NCBI GenBank assembly: GCA_951406725.2
Contig: OX597842.1
Span: 23,746,001 to 23,810,000 of the forward strand
Direction of reading: 5' to 3'
Source of the DNA: Octopus vulgaris
Taxonomy: Eukaryota
Length of the DNA: 64,000 nt
Below the pieces are notes generated by a model. The model saw only the letters and a list, made by a program, of their open reading frames with translations, searched no databases and was not told the DNA's origin. Of the stretch, positions 1 through 11,619 are shown one piece after another (positions within the stretch are counted from its first letter, which is position 1; every line of letters starts with the position of its first letter). The position numbers and the translations under genes are program-made.

Positions 1-751
1 CCTGTCTTCTTTCCTGCAAGTTAAAACTCTCCTCTTTGCTTGGTTTAACTTAACACCTCTCTATTACACTGAGTAACAACGATTTTTGTCCATGGATAAC
101 AATTGTTATTTCCAATTTGCTTAACCCTAGAAAGTACGAGAATGGCTAGTATCTCCTTCAAACTTTGTTTTTGTCACAATATATACCTTGTAGACCTCAC
201 ACATTTCAGCTGATGTTGTTTCAGAGAACTTTTACGCTGTTGTCTTGATAAATTCACCACAGACACAGCAGAATGTGTCTGCCAGATGCTTACAACCTCT
301 TGATGCCATCTGTGATGAATGCAGTTCTTGGATAGTTAGAAATAAACTGAACTGGTGATCTTATGATCCCTTTTTTTACACTGGTATCTATGTTGCCAGA
401 ACGTTCTAGAAATTCTTGGAAATTTTAGTAACTTCTTGATGATAGTTCTAGAAATTTCTGGAAAATTCTGCTTCGGTGACTCAGCACTGAATCTGTCTGG
501 AAATAGGTTTCAAAACATTGATGTCCAGGTGACAAAAGCAACGTTTGAAGGGAACAGATGTCCTTTCCTTTGATTTCTTGATGGAAGTAAATAGGAAATA
601 ACACTTAACTTATCAAAGATAACAAAAAATTAAAAGTTTGTTACGCAGTATTATTGATTTCTCTCTAAATCATGTCCTTCAACCATTCAAAGAGATCCTT
701 ATTATGAGTCATGAACCCATGTTGTCTACCAAAATGTGTTAAATTTTTGCA

Positions 752-1994
752 TTGGGTCATCCCATAAGTAATGCAGTGTTTTCAATTGTATGAACTAAAA
801 GTCAGAGGGGGATGGGATAAACTATCTGCATCAACTTGCTATAAAAGCAGTACCTTGTACTTATTCTTAGTGTGAGTTTTGAAGAGTAGAGTTAAATTTT
901 AACAGTTATTTTTTCAAAGCTATAATGGAAGTAACAAAGGAGCATATTCAACATATTTTGCTTTATGAGTTCAGTAAAAGCAACAATGCAACAGAAAGTG
1001 CGAGGAATATTAATGCAGTATATGGGGATTGGACAATAAGTGTAAGCCAGTGTCAATGGTGGCTCCAGAAGTTCCGAGCTGGAAACTACAGCCAAGAAGA
1101 TCAACTTTGTTCTGGAAGATATGTAGAGCTTGACGAGGACATCCTGCAAACCCTGGTGGAACAAAATCCCATTGTAACTAGCAGAGAAGCTTGGATTCGG
1201 TCATTCAACCATTCATCAATACTTGCATGGTATTGGAAAAATCAGCAAATTGGGTCAATGGGTCGCACACAGAGTGAATGTGTGCTCTTCTCTGCTGTCA
1301 TGTCTCATGAATGAACCTCTTTTGAACTGAATAGTGACTGGTGATGAGAAAAGGGTTTTCTATAAATACGTTATGCACCAAAGACAGTGGGTAGGGAAAG
1401 GAGAAATACTGGCACTCCAGAATAAAAAAGGTCTCTACCCACGTAAGGTGCTGTTATCTGTTTGGTGGGATATGAAAGGTTTGGTCCACTTTGAACTTTT
1501 GAACCCTAACCAAACGATAACAAAGGAGATCTACTGTGAGCAGCTTGAGTGGCTTAAGTCAGTGCTAGAAGAGAAATGACCATCTTTGGTTCCAAGATGA
1601 CAGGTGTTCTTCGATCAGGATAATGCTTGGCAACATACAGCAAGGATGACATTCCAAAGGCTGGAGCAGTTTGAATGAGAAACAATTCCCCACCCACCAT
1701 ATTCACCAGTCATTGCCTCATCCGATTATCCTTTATTCTGCAGTCTTCAAAATCATTTGGACAGAAAAAATATGAATTCTGTAGATGCTGGCAGAACAGT
1801 AGTGGAGGAGTATTTTTCATCATGGACAAGTCAGTTTTGGAAGAGGAGCCTTGCAAGTGCGCCAGATAGATGGAAGAGCATTGTAGAAAATGAAGGAGAG
1901 TATATTTTAGGTTAAAAAAGAACTTTGTTTATCTTAATTTTGAAGAATAAAAGATGTATAAAACAAATGCATTATTATTTATAGGATGACCCAA
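752..1994 (+). mobile_element. mariner (Tc1/mariner, D,D34D) DNA transposon, full length but decayed
   Basis: Inverted termini ttgggtcatccc..taatgc (752) and gcatta..ggatgacccaa (1994). Length ~1.24 kb, with transposase fragments inside. Confidence 0.9.
925..1915 (+). pseudogene. mariner transposase pseudogene (frameshifts and stops)
   Basis: N-terminal HTH (ILLYEF..NATESARNINAVYG..QWWLQKFRAG). Catalytic-domain motifs VTGDEK, RKVLLSVWWD, QDNA and HPPYSP..SDY are spread over several frames. Confidence 0.9.
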
Positions 1995-2189
1995 TGCTTT
2001 GTGTAGTTGAGATCATTCTGGTATCTTGTCTCTTTGTATTTGAATTGGCCCAGATATGCCTAGTAGGACTGGTATTGTTTGATAGTTCAAACCATATCTT
2101 GTAGATATTTCTAACTCTTGATATGCTTTAGTTATCAATTATTCAGAAGAGGAGAAGCATCACAGACAACTATTTCAGGCATTGACCAT

Positions 2190-2597
2190 GGAATGTTATC
2201 AGACGGCCAAAATGGGATTCCTTTGAAGGATCTCTGGAGTAATGATACTAAATAGGATGTATAGTCCAGAGATCTGGGAATCTCTCCAGGTTGAGCCACT
2301 TCCTCTCCACATCTCTGGTACTATGGACATGTGTTGCAGGAACAAATGACAAGAGAGATTCTTCAAGCCAAACCAATGGAGCAGGGATCCTAGGGGTAGA
2401 TCACGAACTAAATGGTTGGGTGATAGCCATTGTCTTAGCTGTTTATGTTTGGGAACCCAACCAAAAGCTCTAATGATGGCTGCTTCTGATAGGACCCTAT
2501 GGAGGAGATGCCTGAAGACTCTGTCTTTACAATCCTCCCCAGAATATTGATCAGAGACAATGGATGGGTGGATCAAATGGATTGACTGGTTGATGGT
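2190..2597 (+). mobile_element. RTE-clade (Expander/Rex3-like) LINE 3' remnant
   Basis: Manual translation gives LQVEPLPLHI, YYGHVL and PRGRSRTKWL, typical RTE C-terminal motifs. A degenerate (ATGG)n tail follows at ~2560-2597. Confidence 0.65.
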
Positions 2598-2925
2598 CTA
2601 TATTGATTCTTTAGGTTCTCCATACACTTTTGCCTCCACAAACACTTCTCCTACCATCTGTTTACCATAAATTTTCGCAAGTGTAATTTTCAATTAATTT
2701 TCTTTAAAATCTTCACCATTTTCATCCTGTATTTCCACCTCTTCGTTATTATTTAATTAGCATTCTTAGAAACAGAGAACAACATCTTTTATTTATTTTT
2801 TATGTTTCTTAACTATTTCTCATTGACATAATTTATTTGTTATATTCATGACAACATACTGTACACATCTTTTATGTAATCGTTAATGATTTTGAAATTA
2901 TTTCTTATTGTTTTATGTTTTGCAG

Positions 2926-3131
2926 GCAGGAATTTAGGAATCAGAAATGTCAAACTGGGGAATATCAGGTATGACTATCCTCATAACACTGAAGAGCAGG
3001 GCTTCCAGATGCTGCACAAATGGTACACAAGTTGTGATCCAGAGAGACGAACACTCAAAACACTCAGAGAAGCTCTTGTGGAAGCTGAATGCTTTGAGGC
3101 ACTTCAATGTCTACCATCAGAAGAAAAGTGA
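2926..3131 (+). CDS. terminal coding exon of a death-domain-containing protein (upstream exons not identified)
   Basis: Polypyrimidine tract plus ttttgcag acceptor at 2925 (phase 1). Peptide (G)RNLGIRNVKLGNIRYDYPHNTEEQGFQMLHKW...TLKTLREALVEA matches the helix 2-6 pattern of death domains. Stop at 3131. Confidence 0.75.
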
Positions 3132-3545
3132 ACTTGTATGTAAATGCTGCAATTGTTTAGTCCAAGGTGAACCTTGACTAAACAGAGACTCATGATCAAA
3201 TACCTTCCAGCCAGGACCCTCCTGACTTTATCTTTAGTGTAGGGAACCCAGAATCACATTGTCCAATGTGATAATTGAATTAAGCAGGATTTGGCTACTA
3301 ATTCTAGCAAATCTATCAATAACATAAGAGATTCCCTTCCTGAATTGGTCCCTATCTTCTTAGAATTTAACTTTTGAAATAAAGATAAACTTTGAAACGT
3401 TTATTTGTTGTTGTTGTTGTGTATCTAACCTCTGCCCTATTATTGTGTAAACAGTTTTAATATCCTCTCATATATTCATAGTTATCTACCTTCATTTAAA
3501 GCTGAAAGTGAAATGTCAGGTATATAAATATTGATGTCTTTTCTT

Positions 3546-3921
3546 TGTGTGGTAAGTAGCTTGCTTACCAACCACACGGTTCCGGGTTCAGTCCCACTGC
3601 GTGGCACCTTGGGAAAATTTCTTCTACTATAGCCTCGGGCCGACCAAAGCCTTGTGAGTGGATTTGGTAGACGGAAACTGAAAGAAGCCTGTCGTATATA
3701 TATATATATATGTGTATGTATATATGTGTGTGTTTGTCCCCCCAACATCGCTTGACAACCGATGCTGGTATGTTTACGTCCCCGTTACTTAGCGGTTCGG
3801 CAAAAGAGACTGATAGAATAAGTACTAGGCTTATAAAGAATAAGTCCTGGGGTCGATTTGCTTGACTAAAAGGCGGTGCTCCAGCATGGCTGCAGTCAAA
3901 TGATTGAAACAAGTAAAAGAG
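3546..3921 (+). mobile_element. tRNA-derived SINE family A (CORE-like box, internal TA/TG microsatellite)
   Basis: B-box ggttcagtccc, CORE-like box (ccttgggaaaatttctt here, ccttgggcaactgtctt in the copy at ~55750) and tail gactgaaacaagtaaaaga. Many copies in the window. Confidence 0.85.
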
Positions 3922-3932
3922 TATATCATATG

Positions 3933-4216
3933 TGGAAGCGCAATGGCCCAGTGGTTAGGGCAGCGGACTCGCGGTTTCGATTCCCAAACCGGGCGTTGTG
4001 AGTGTTTATTGAGCGAAAACACCTAAAAGCTCCACGAGGCTCCGGCAGGGGATGGTGGTGATCCCTGCTGCACTCTTTCACCGCTCTTTCTTCTGTTGGC
4101 CTGCTTGCTTAGCCAGCAGGCTGTTGTCATTCGAAGGCTAAAACAATGCGAAGTGCATTGTGACCAGCGATGTATAGCAACATCAGATAGCCTGGTCAGT
4201 CACAGTGATCATGGTG
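3933..4216 (+). mobile_element. tRNA(Arg)-like SINE family B
   Basis: A-box tggcccagtgg and B-box ggtttcgattccc. A second copy lies at 7458-7752. Confidence 0.85.
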
Positions 4217-4844
4217 ATATATATATCATATACAGATACTTTTTCTATGTAATATATGATGTACCTGTGGGTATTTCACTTTGTCCTGTTGTGGTTTAAG
4301 ACAGGCTCCCTCTAATGTGGGGGTGTTTGAATAAAACTCAGGGCTGGTAATGGAAGTAAGAGTTATCTCTATTTTATATTCTAGTTTTAGGATCATTGTT
4401 AGTTACAAATTACTGAAGATTTTTTTATCAGTAGAAAATAAAACTTTGATTGCATATATATATATATAAAACTCAACTTGTGTATTTGTGTGTTTAACTT
4501 TGCGGCACATCTCCTCCTAGCCAACAAATCGTAGAACCACCAAAAATGGGTCATTTAAAGTTTAGGCGAATAAAAATTGAACTGCGCTATTTCTGTTCCA
4601 AAATTCATCTTGCAAGTGCAAAAATCGATAATGTGTTCGTTTAGGCCTTATCCCATGCATTGAATAGTGAACTTTACTCAGTCAGCTGTTTGATGTAAAT
4701 TCCATGAAAAATAAAAAATCAAGATATAAAAAAGAATCGCCGTAAACATAGTAGAAATTCGGCAAAGAAATGAATTTTCGGGATGCAGCCTGGAGGGTTT
4801 TTTCGTATTAATCGTTTGGACTTTGTGTGAACACATACCAGTTA

Positions 4845-5072
4845 TCTATAAAGCTGAAGTTGTCTGTGTGTGGCAGGTTTGGTAGCCTTCAACTAACATT
4901 ATCTCCTCCGAGACCCTGCGGCGCAAGTTGACCAAAATTGAGAGTATGATAGAAGAAGGCTTGCTCTTCCTTCTGTAGAAGAAAAAAATTCATATTGGAC
5001 CATGTTAACACCAAAAATTATTTACATCGAAAAGGTGCTTTTTTTCTATGAAAATCCCTATTTTTTTGTGAT
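4845..5072 (+). mobile_element. non-autonomous Helitron, 5' part (3' end replaced by a SINE)
   Basis: Starts a|TCtataaagctgaag and is an inverted homolog of ~7950-8170. Confidence 0.65.
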
Positions 5073-5073
5073 T

Positions 5074-5387
5074 TGGGCAAGTGTCTTCTACTCTAGATTT
5101 GGGCCGACCAATGCCTTGTGAGTGGATTTGGTAGACAGAAACTGAAAAGAAGCCCGTCGTATATATATATATATGTATGTGTGTGTGTCTGTGTTTGTCC
5201 CCCTAGCATTGCTTGACAACCAATGCTGGTGTTTATGTCCTCCGTAACTTAGCGGTTCGACAAAAGAGACCGACAGAATAAGTACTAGGCTTACAAAGAA
5301 TAAGTCCTGGGGTCGATTTGCTCGACTAAAGGCGGTGCTCCAGCATGGCCGCAGTCAAATAACTGAAACAAGTAAAAGAGTAAAGAG
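5074..5387 (+). mobile_element. SINE family A, 5'-truncated
   Basis: Same body and tail as 3546-3921. Confidence 0.8.
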
Positions 5388-5463
5388 TATCTCAGAGAGA
5401 TATAAGCAGTGGTGGAAGGATAGAGCAGTTGTATACTGTCTCAAAATATCTGTCTCTCTGAGA

Positions 5464-5764
5464 TGGGGAGAAGGGTATCTTTTTTTCTTCAGAAATGTAA
5501 ATAAACTCAATCTGTTTCTTAAACTAGGGACATATTCATATGGCACAGAATGTTTTTTCACCTCAATGGATGTCATTGATTGGTTGAAATTGCAGAAATT
5601 GAAGAAGAAAAAACAACAAATATCTTACAAACTATAGAATTTTCTCAATAAACCCAAGAGAAAAAGATGTTTAATGTAACACATTCTACCAGTATACGAA
5701 GTTTAAAAGTGTTTAGTTACGTGGAAATTATTTTTAAAAACTGCTGGTCAAACTGAAAAGATCC
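5464..5764 (+). mobile_element. partial copy of the GGATC-terminal MITE family
   Basis: Matches 60855-61263 and ends in the TIR ctgctggtcaaactgaaaagatcc. Confidence 0.75.
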
Positions 5765-6352
5765 AATAATTTTTTACACAAAATAATTTTTGTTAAACAA
5801 AGTAAATAAAACACAAAAAAAGGAAATAATTTTTTAACCAAAGTAAACAACAAAAAAAAAACACAAAGTAAGGATCGATTAGTCATGACTAGCATGCGCG
5901 AGTATGCGAATGCGTGCACCGGCACCCCTGTTCTCAAGTAGTACCCAACACTGTAGCATTCCCACCGTGTCCCCTTGGACTGTCCCAGGGCTAAACATAA
6001 AAAAAAAACCCGGAAGAGACAAATCAGGCATCGACGACGCATGTGCAAATCACAACAGCCTCGAATGGAAATTGTGAAGGACGTATAAAGGAACCCAATT
6101 GCCAAGACTATTCTTCTTTTCCTTTTGGCATGTCCGGTCCCTCACTGCCCTGGAACTGATGCTGCTGGCGGTTCAAACCGAAAAGATCCTATAAATATAC
6201 CTGAATATTCAGTGAGATGAGTATCATGTTTCCAATGGTGGAGCTACATGGACTTAAAAGAAGCCTGGCTTTAGTTTACAATGCAAAACATCAAAATTAC
6301 CATGTAGGTATAGACGTATTCCCAAACACATGAACTCACACAGACTCATATA

Positions 6353-7208
6353 TCATCATCATCATCGTTTAACATCCGTTCTCCATGCTAGCATGGGTTG
6401 GACAGTTCGACCGGGGATCTGGGAAGCCAGAAGGCTGCACCAGGCTCCAGTCTAATCTGGCAATGTTTCTACAGCTGGATGCCCTTCCTAACGCCAACCA
6501 CTCTGTGAGTGTAGTGGGTGCTTTTTACGTGCCACCTGCACAGGTGCCAGGTGAGGCTGGCAACGGCCACGGTCGGATTGGTGTATTTTATGTGCCACCG
6601 GCACGGAAGCCAGTCGAGGCGGTGCTGGCATTGGCCACGAGTCAGATAGTGCTTTTTACGTACCACCAGACCAGGGATCCTGGCTGGTTCAATTCGATTT
6701 CGATTTCGCTTGCCCCAACATGTCTTCACAAGCAAAGGGGGTTGGCATGGGTGCCTGTCGTATGGTCGGATTGGAGTATTTTACGTGCCACCGGCACGGA
6801 AGCCAGTGGAAGCGGCGCTGGCATCGGCCACGAGTCGGATAGTGCTTTTTACGTACCACCAGACCAGGGATCCTGGCTGGTTCAATTCGGTTTCGATTTC
6901 GATTTCGCTTGCCCCAACATGTCTTCGCAAGCGGAGGGGGTTGGCATGGGTGCCTGTCGTCGGATGAGGTTCTATATCGACTTCGCTTGCCTCAACAGGT
7001 CTTTGTGTCCAAGGGAGGAAAGGCATTCATAAGTGGGCTGGGCTCACTTGTCCTGCCTGGTCTTCCCACGTACAGAATATTTCCAAAGGTCTCGGTCGCT
7101 GGTCATTTCCTCAGTGAGGCCTAAAGTTCGAAGGTCGTGCTTCACCACCTCGTCCCAGGTTTTCCTGGGTCTACCTCTTCCACGAGTTCCCTCAACTGCT
7201 AGGGATTG
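6353..7208 (-). mobile_element. 5'-truncated RTE LINE (ORF C-terminus, repeat-rich 3' UTR, (GAT)n tail)
   Basis: The - strand at 7208-7045 translates QSLAVEGTRGRGRPRKTWDEVVKHDLRTLGLTEEMTSDRDLWKY..*. The 3' UTR carries ~65-bp repeats with a gtgcc-acc-ggcac hairpin. (cat)n tail at 6353-6366. Confidence 0.85.
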
Positions 7209-7305
7209 ATATATATAAAATTGAATAAGGGTAGAAATTGATATTAATCAATTAAAACCAGTGGTCTAGCATATTGAAAAAATCCAAAGAGTAAAATATA
7301 TATTT

Positions 7306-7447
7306 TACATACAAAATTTAAAGGACTGACCACTAAAAGTGGACGGTCAATATGCTAGATATAGACATCAAAATAGCGATTTTGACTTCTATATCTAGCA
7401 TGTTGAGTGTCCACTTTTAGTGGTCAGTCCTTTAAACTTTGTATGTA
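7306..7447. repeat. near-perfect fold-back, ~68-bp arms with a 4-nt loop
   Basis: tacatacaaaatttaaaggactgaccactaaaagtggac...tcaaaat agcg attttga...gtccacttttagtggtcagtcctttaaactttgtatgta. Confidence 0.9.
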
Positions 7448-7457
7448 TATAAATATG

Positions 7458-7752
7458 TGGAGGCGCAATGGCCCAGTGGTTAGGGCAGCGGACTCGCAGT
7501 CGCAAGATTGCGGTTTTGATTCCCAGACCGGGTGTAGTGAGTGTTTATTGAGCGAAAATACCTAAAAGCTCCACGAGGCTCCGGCACGGAGTGGTGATCC
7601 CTGCTGTACTTTTTCACCATTCTTTCTTTCGCTCTTTCTTTTGTTGGCCTGCTCGCTTAGCCAGCGGGGTGGCGTCATTCAAAGGCTAAAACAATTCGAA
7701 CATTGTGACCAGCGATGTGTAGCAACATCTGATGGTCTGGTCGATTACGTGA
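7458..7752 (+). mobile_element. SINE family B
   Basis: tRNA-like head ggaggcgcaatggcccagtggttagggc. Paralog of 3933-4216. Confidence 0.85.
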
Positions 7753-7768
7753 TATATATATATATATA

Positions 7769-8170
7769 CTAGCAGTATAGCTCGGCGTTGCTCGGGTTGG
7801 TTTTTTATTTGTGCTTAAAACGACCCTTTAGAATTGGAATTTTTGAAAAGTAAAAATTTTGCATTATGTAGCTTGTTATTCTCTTTAAGTGAACATTTTT
7901 CTGGTTGAAATACACCGAAAAATGATGACACAGCAGTCAAAAAATCGTAAAAAATAGGGATTTTCATAGAAAAAAAGCACTTTTTTGATGTAAATAAATT
8001 TTGGTGTTAACATGGTCTGATTTGAATTTTTCCTTCTACGGAAGGAAGAGCAAGCCTTCTTCTATCATACTCTCATCTTTGGTCAATTTGTGCCACAGGG
8101 TCTCGAAGGAGATAGTGTTAGTTGAAGGCTACCAAACCTACCACACACAGACAACTTCAGCTTTATATAT
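7769..8170 (-). mobile_element. non-autonomous Helitron (~400 bp)
   Basis: The - strand 3' end cccgagcaacgccgagctatactgCTAG|t has the same hairpin and CTAG as the large Helitron. The 5' end lies in a TA run. Confidence 0.8.
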
Positions 8171-8188
8171 ATATATATAATATATATA

Positions 8189-8395
8189 TCGGGTTGTTCA
8201 GAAAGTTCGTGCCGAGTTATAGTAGCTTACCTTTCGACTTATTTTAGAACATGGTTGAGTCCATAAAATAGGAAATATGGATACATATTGTGCAACAAAA
8301 TGGTTCATATTTGGTTGATTAAAAATGTAATGGCAAGAATTTATTGACCTTTTTCTTTCCTTTAAAAATCGGCATGAACTCTCCGGACAACCCAA
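8189..8395. mobile_element. mariner-type MITE
   Basis: TA-flanked, with ~26-bp TIRs tcgggttgttcagaaagttcgtgccga / tcggcatgaactctccggacaacccaa. Confidence 0.85.
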
Positions 8396-8699
8396 TATTG
8401 AAATTTTCATAGAACCTCTCATCTTCCTTCTGGGACCTTCAAAAAAAAAGAAAAAAAGTAAAAAAGAAAAAGAAAACAAATTTGATTTCAGTAATGATTG
8501 CACCCCATCCATTTTTCATTATGTTCCCCATCCTAGAACTGACATCTTGGAGAGGTCTCCATTCTTGAACTCATGTAAGTACAATGGTAAACTGACTAAG
8601 TAAATAAATATATGGTGAATACATGTAAAATTGAAGGAGAGGTCTCTCTCTCTCTCTACCTATCTGTCTGTCTGTCTATCTATTTCAAAATCGTAATCT

Positions 8700-8950
8700 A
8701 ATAACATCAGTGGAATTTGTAGCTGAGATACCAGTGCCGGTGGCATGTAAGAGAACCATCCGAATGTGGCCGTAGCCAGCGCCGCCCTGACTGGCTTTCG
8801 TGCCGGTGGCACGTAAAAAGCACCATCCAATCGTGGCCGTTTGCCAGCCTTGTCTGGCACCTGTGCAGGTGGCACATAAAAAGCACCCACTACACTCACG
8901 GAGTGGTTGGCGTTAGGAAGGGCATCCAGCTGATAAAACACTGCCAGATC
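8700..8950 (+). mobile_element. RTE 3'-UTR-derived repeat fragment
   Basis: tgccggtggcacgtaaaaagcacc repeats and gttggcgttaggaagggcatccagc, the reverse complement of ~6450-6700. Confidence 0.8.
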
Positions 8951-9569
8951 ATTTTGTTTTATATAAATGAACAACCTGTTTGCACATTCGCAAAATTTTG
9001 ACTAGTCCGAAGAATGAACAAAATCACCAATAATAATGAATAAATAAAAGAACCTTTCCAAAATTCTGGCGGCTTCAGTGTTGATGTTGAAATATTTGCA
9101 ATATTGAATTACACTGTTGTTTGACTTCCCTCTTTATCTCAATGCTTCTTTTTCTATTTCAGAATATCAAATCATGTTGACATAAAAGAAACTTCTTCAT
9201 TCAGATGTGCCTCTGATATTTCTATTGGATTTCATCAATTAAAGGAAGACCATATATTCATAAGGCACATTCATCAACGCATCAACTTCTTTGTATGAAC
9301 AAAATCTTCAACAAACGATGGGAAAATATTTCTTCTGGACTATGTAATTAACAACAATATTTTTGTTGTCTTCACTATCTGGAATGTACAGGAGTTAATC
9401 AATTTACAGATTAAATTTGCTTCGTTAACTTTACAGAAGAGTTAACAATTTACATCTATTTTAGTAAAATCACTGATGAAACACAACTTGAAATTATTCT
9501 CTGAAAATAGTGATAAAACTGGACACAAACTTTCATAGAAATGAAAAACACGATATCATTGTGACATGT

Positions 9570-10537
9570 ATGACAAATTATTCTCTTGTAATGAATAATT
9601 TAACTAAACCAAAAAACTCTGATACAAGAGAGAAACCATATTCTTGTAATATTCAAGTGGAGACTTGTCTAAACACAAACATACACACACAGGAGAGAAG
9701 CCATATCATTGTGATATCTGTGGTAAATCATTCTCTGTAAATTGTCATTTGACTAAGCACAGACGTATTCATACAGGTGAGAAGGCATATCATAGTGATA
9801 TCTGTGGTAAATCATTTTCAGATTGTGGTAACTTGGCTTTACACAAACGTACACATACAGGAGAGAAGCCATTTCATTGTAAGATCTGTGGTGAATCATT
9901 CTCTAGAAATAATTACTTGACTGTTCACAAACATATTCATACTGGAGAAAAACCATATCATTGTGATATCTGTGGTAAATCATTTTCTGTAAATAGCACT
10001 TTAACTAGTCACAAGCGTATTCATACAGGAGAGAAGCCATATCATTGTAATATCTGTGGGAAACTATTCTCTACTAGTGGTAATTTGAATCGGCACAAAC
10101 TTACATACACAGGGGAGAAGCAATATTATTGTGATATCTGTGGTAAATCATTCATTCAAAGTGGGGAATTGTCTAGACACAAATGCATTCATACAGGAGA
10201 GAAGCCATATCAGTGTGATATCTATGGTAAATCATTTTCTGGAAGTAGTGACTTGATTAAACACCAACGTATTCATACAGGAGAGAAGCCATATCATTGT
10301 AATATCTGTGGTAAATCATTCACCAGAAGTGGTACATTAAGTACACGACAAAGTATTCATACAGGGATACCATATTGTTGTGATATTTGTGGTAAATCAT
10401 TTTCTTATAATAATGATCTAAAGAGACACCAACATATTCATACAAGAGAGAAGCCATATCATTGTGATATCTGTGGTAAATCATTCTCTCAAAAATGCCT
10501 CTTAAATACACATGTGAGTATTCATACACAAGTTTGA
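9570..10537 (+). pseudogene. C2H2 zinc-finger pseudogene (about 11 fingers)
   Basis: The family ATG leader [23 protein letters not shown] is at 9570 and the acceptor tttctatttcag at 9162. A 19-nt deletion in finger 1 (GAG linker spacing 65 instead of 84) shifts the frame. The downstream ORF has no Met, and several zinc ligands are lost (YHSDIC, HKLTY, CDIY, TRQSIH). Confidence 0.8.
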
Positions 10538-10694
10538 TATGTCAGTGTCAAAATTTATTACAATTGGACAAAAATTATGAATATTTTGTCCGATGAAAAA
10601 AAGGGTTTATTCCTCTTAAAGCTTCATGTTATCAACTTCAATATCATCAATGTCAATATGAAATTTATGAATAACAACTTCAACATCATGTCAT

Positions 10695-10900
10695 CATCAT
10701 TGTTTAAAGTCTGCTTTCCATGCTAGTATGGGTTGGACGATTTGACTGAGGTCTGGCGAACCAGATGGCTGCACCAGACCCCAAACTTGATCTGGCAGAG
10801 TTTCTACAGCTGGATACCCTTCCTAACGCCAACCACTCCAAAAATATAGAGGGTGCTTTTACATGCCACCGGCACGGGGGCCAGTCAGGCACCACTGGCA
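10695..10900 (-). mobile_element. short RTE-tail retroposon
   Basis: (cat)n tail plus ttccatgctagtatgggttggac and ccttcctaacgccaaccactcc. Confidence 0.75.
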
Positions 10901-11144
10901 TGTATATATATAAATGAAGAGGATTGTGCCGAATTTTTGAGGAATTTGTTATGAGAGAATAAAGGAATGGGAATAAGGAATAAAATTTGAAAGGGACATC
11001 GATTTTGTCTTTGTTGTGTTTTCATCATCATCATCCTTTTGTATGTAGGCTTGGGTGGGCAAGTGTGACCTGAGCTGTCAAGCCAGAGCACTGCTCCAGG
11101 TTCCTGTTAGATTTGGCTTGATTTCTTCAGCTGTATGCCCTTAA

Positions 11145-11364
11145 CCCTTTAGCATTCAGATTACTCTGTCAAATGTAAAGCCTGTTTAATCACATTGTTT
11201 TAAATTAATTGTACAGCATCTTGTAACTCTGAGATTTTGATGATGTCCCTGTTTATTTTTAGAATGACTTTGTAGGGTAGGTGTGAGTGGTCAGAGCTGG
11301 TTGGTTTGAGCATATAACAGGAAGATAATTTTGGCCTGGTATGGCCGGTTTAAACACGAAAGGG
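11145..11364. mobile_element. piggyBac-type MITE (220 bp)
   Basis: TTAA|CCCTTT...AAAGGG|TTAA. The inverted paralog at ~50056 has a single TTAA (empty site). Confidence 0.85.
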
Positions 11365-11619
11365 TTAAGATACATGATGTATTTTATAAATATGCCTTTT
11401 CAAGTATCATAATAGCATGAAACTAGTAGTAGCCCATTCAGTTGTGTATTTAATTTGATATATGTATGTTTGTGTGTGAACATGATGAGTCTGATAACTA
11501 AAATAAGTGTATACAAATCTTGTATTTTTAGTATATCTTTGTATGGGGCAGAAGCAGGGACTCCCTTACAAATCTTGTATTTTTAGTATATTTTTGTATG
11601 GGGCAGAAGCAGGGACTCT

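Noticed and set aside
400-475. ttctagaaattc short repeats, possibly an LTR remnant
   Set aside because: No termini, TSD or coding evidence could be established.
3933-4000. tRNA gene
   Set aside because: The A and B boxes continue into a SINE body, and there is no complete cloverleaf or terminator. The same applies at 7458, 62034 and 63328.
6500-6970. Hairpin repeats with variable spacers resembling a CRISPR array
   Set aside because: The spacers are related to each other, the array lies in an RTE LINE 3' UTR repeated elsewhere in the window, the DNA is eukaryotic and there are no cas genes.
6385-7032. 215-aa ORF
   Set aside because: It is antisense to a repetitive LINE 3' UTR and has no recognisable domain.
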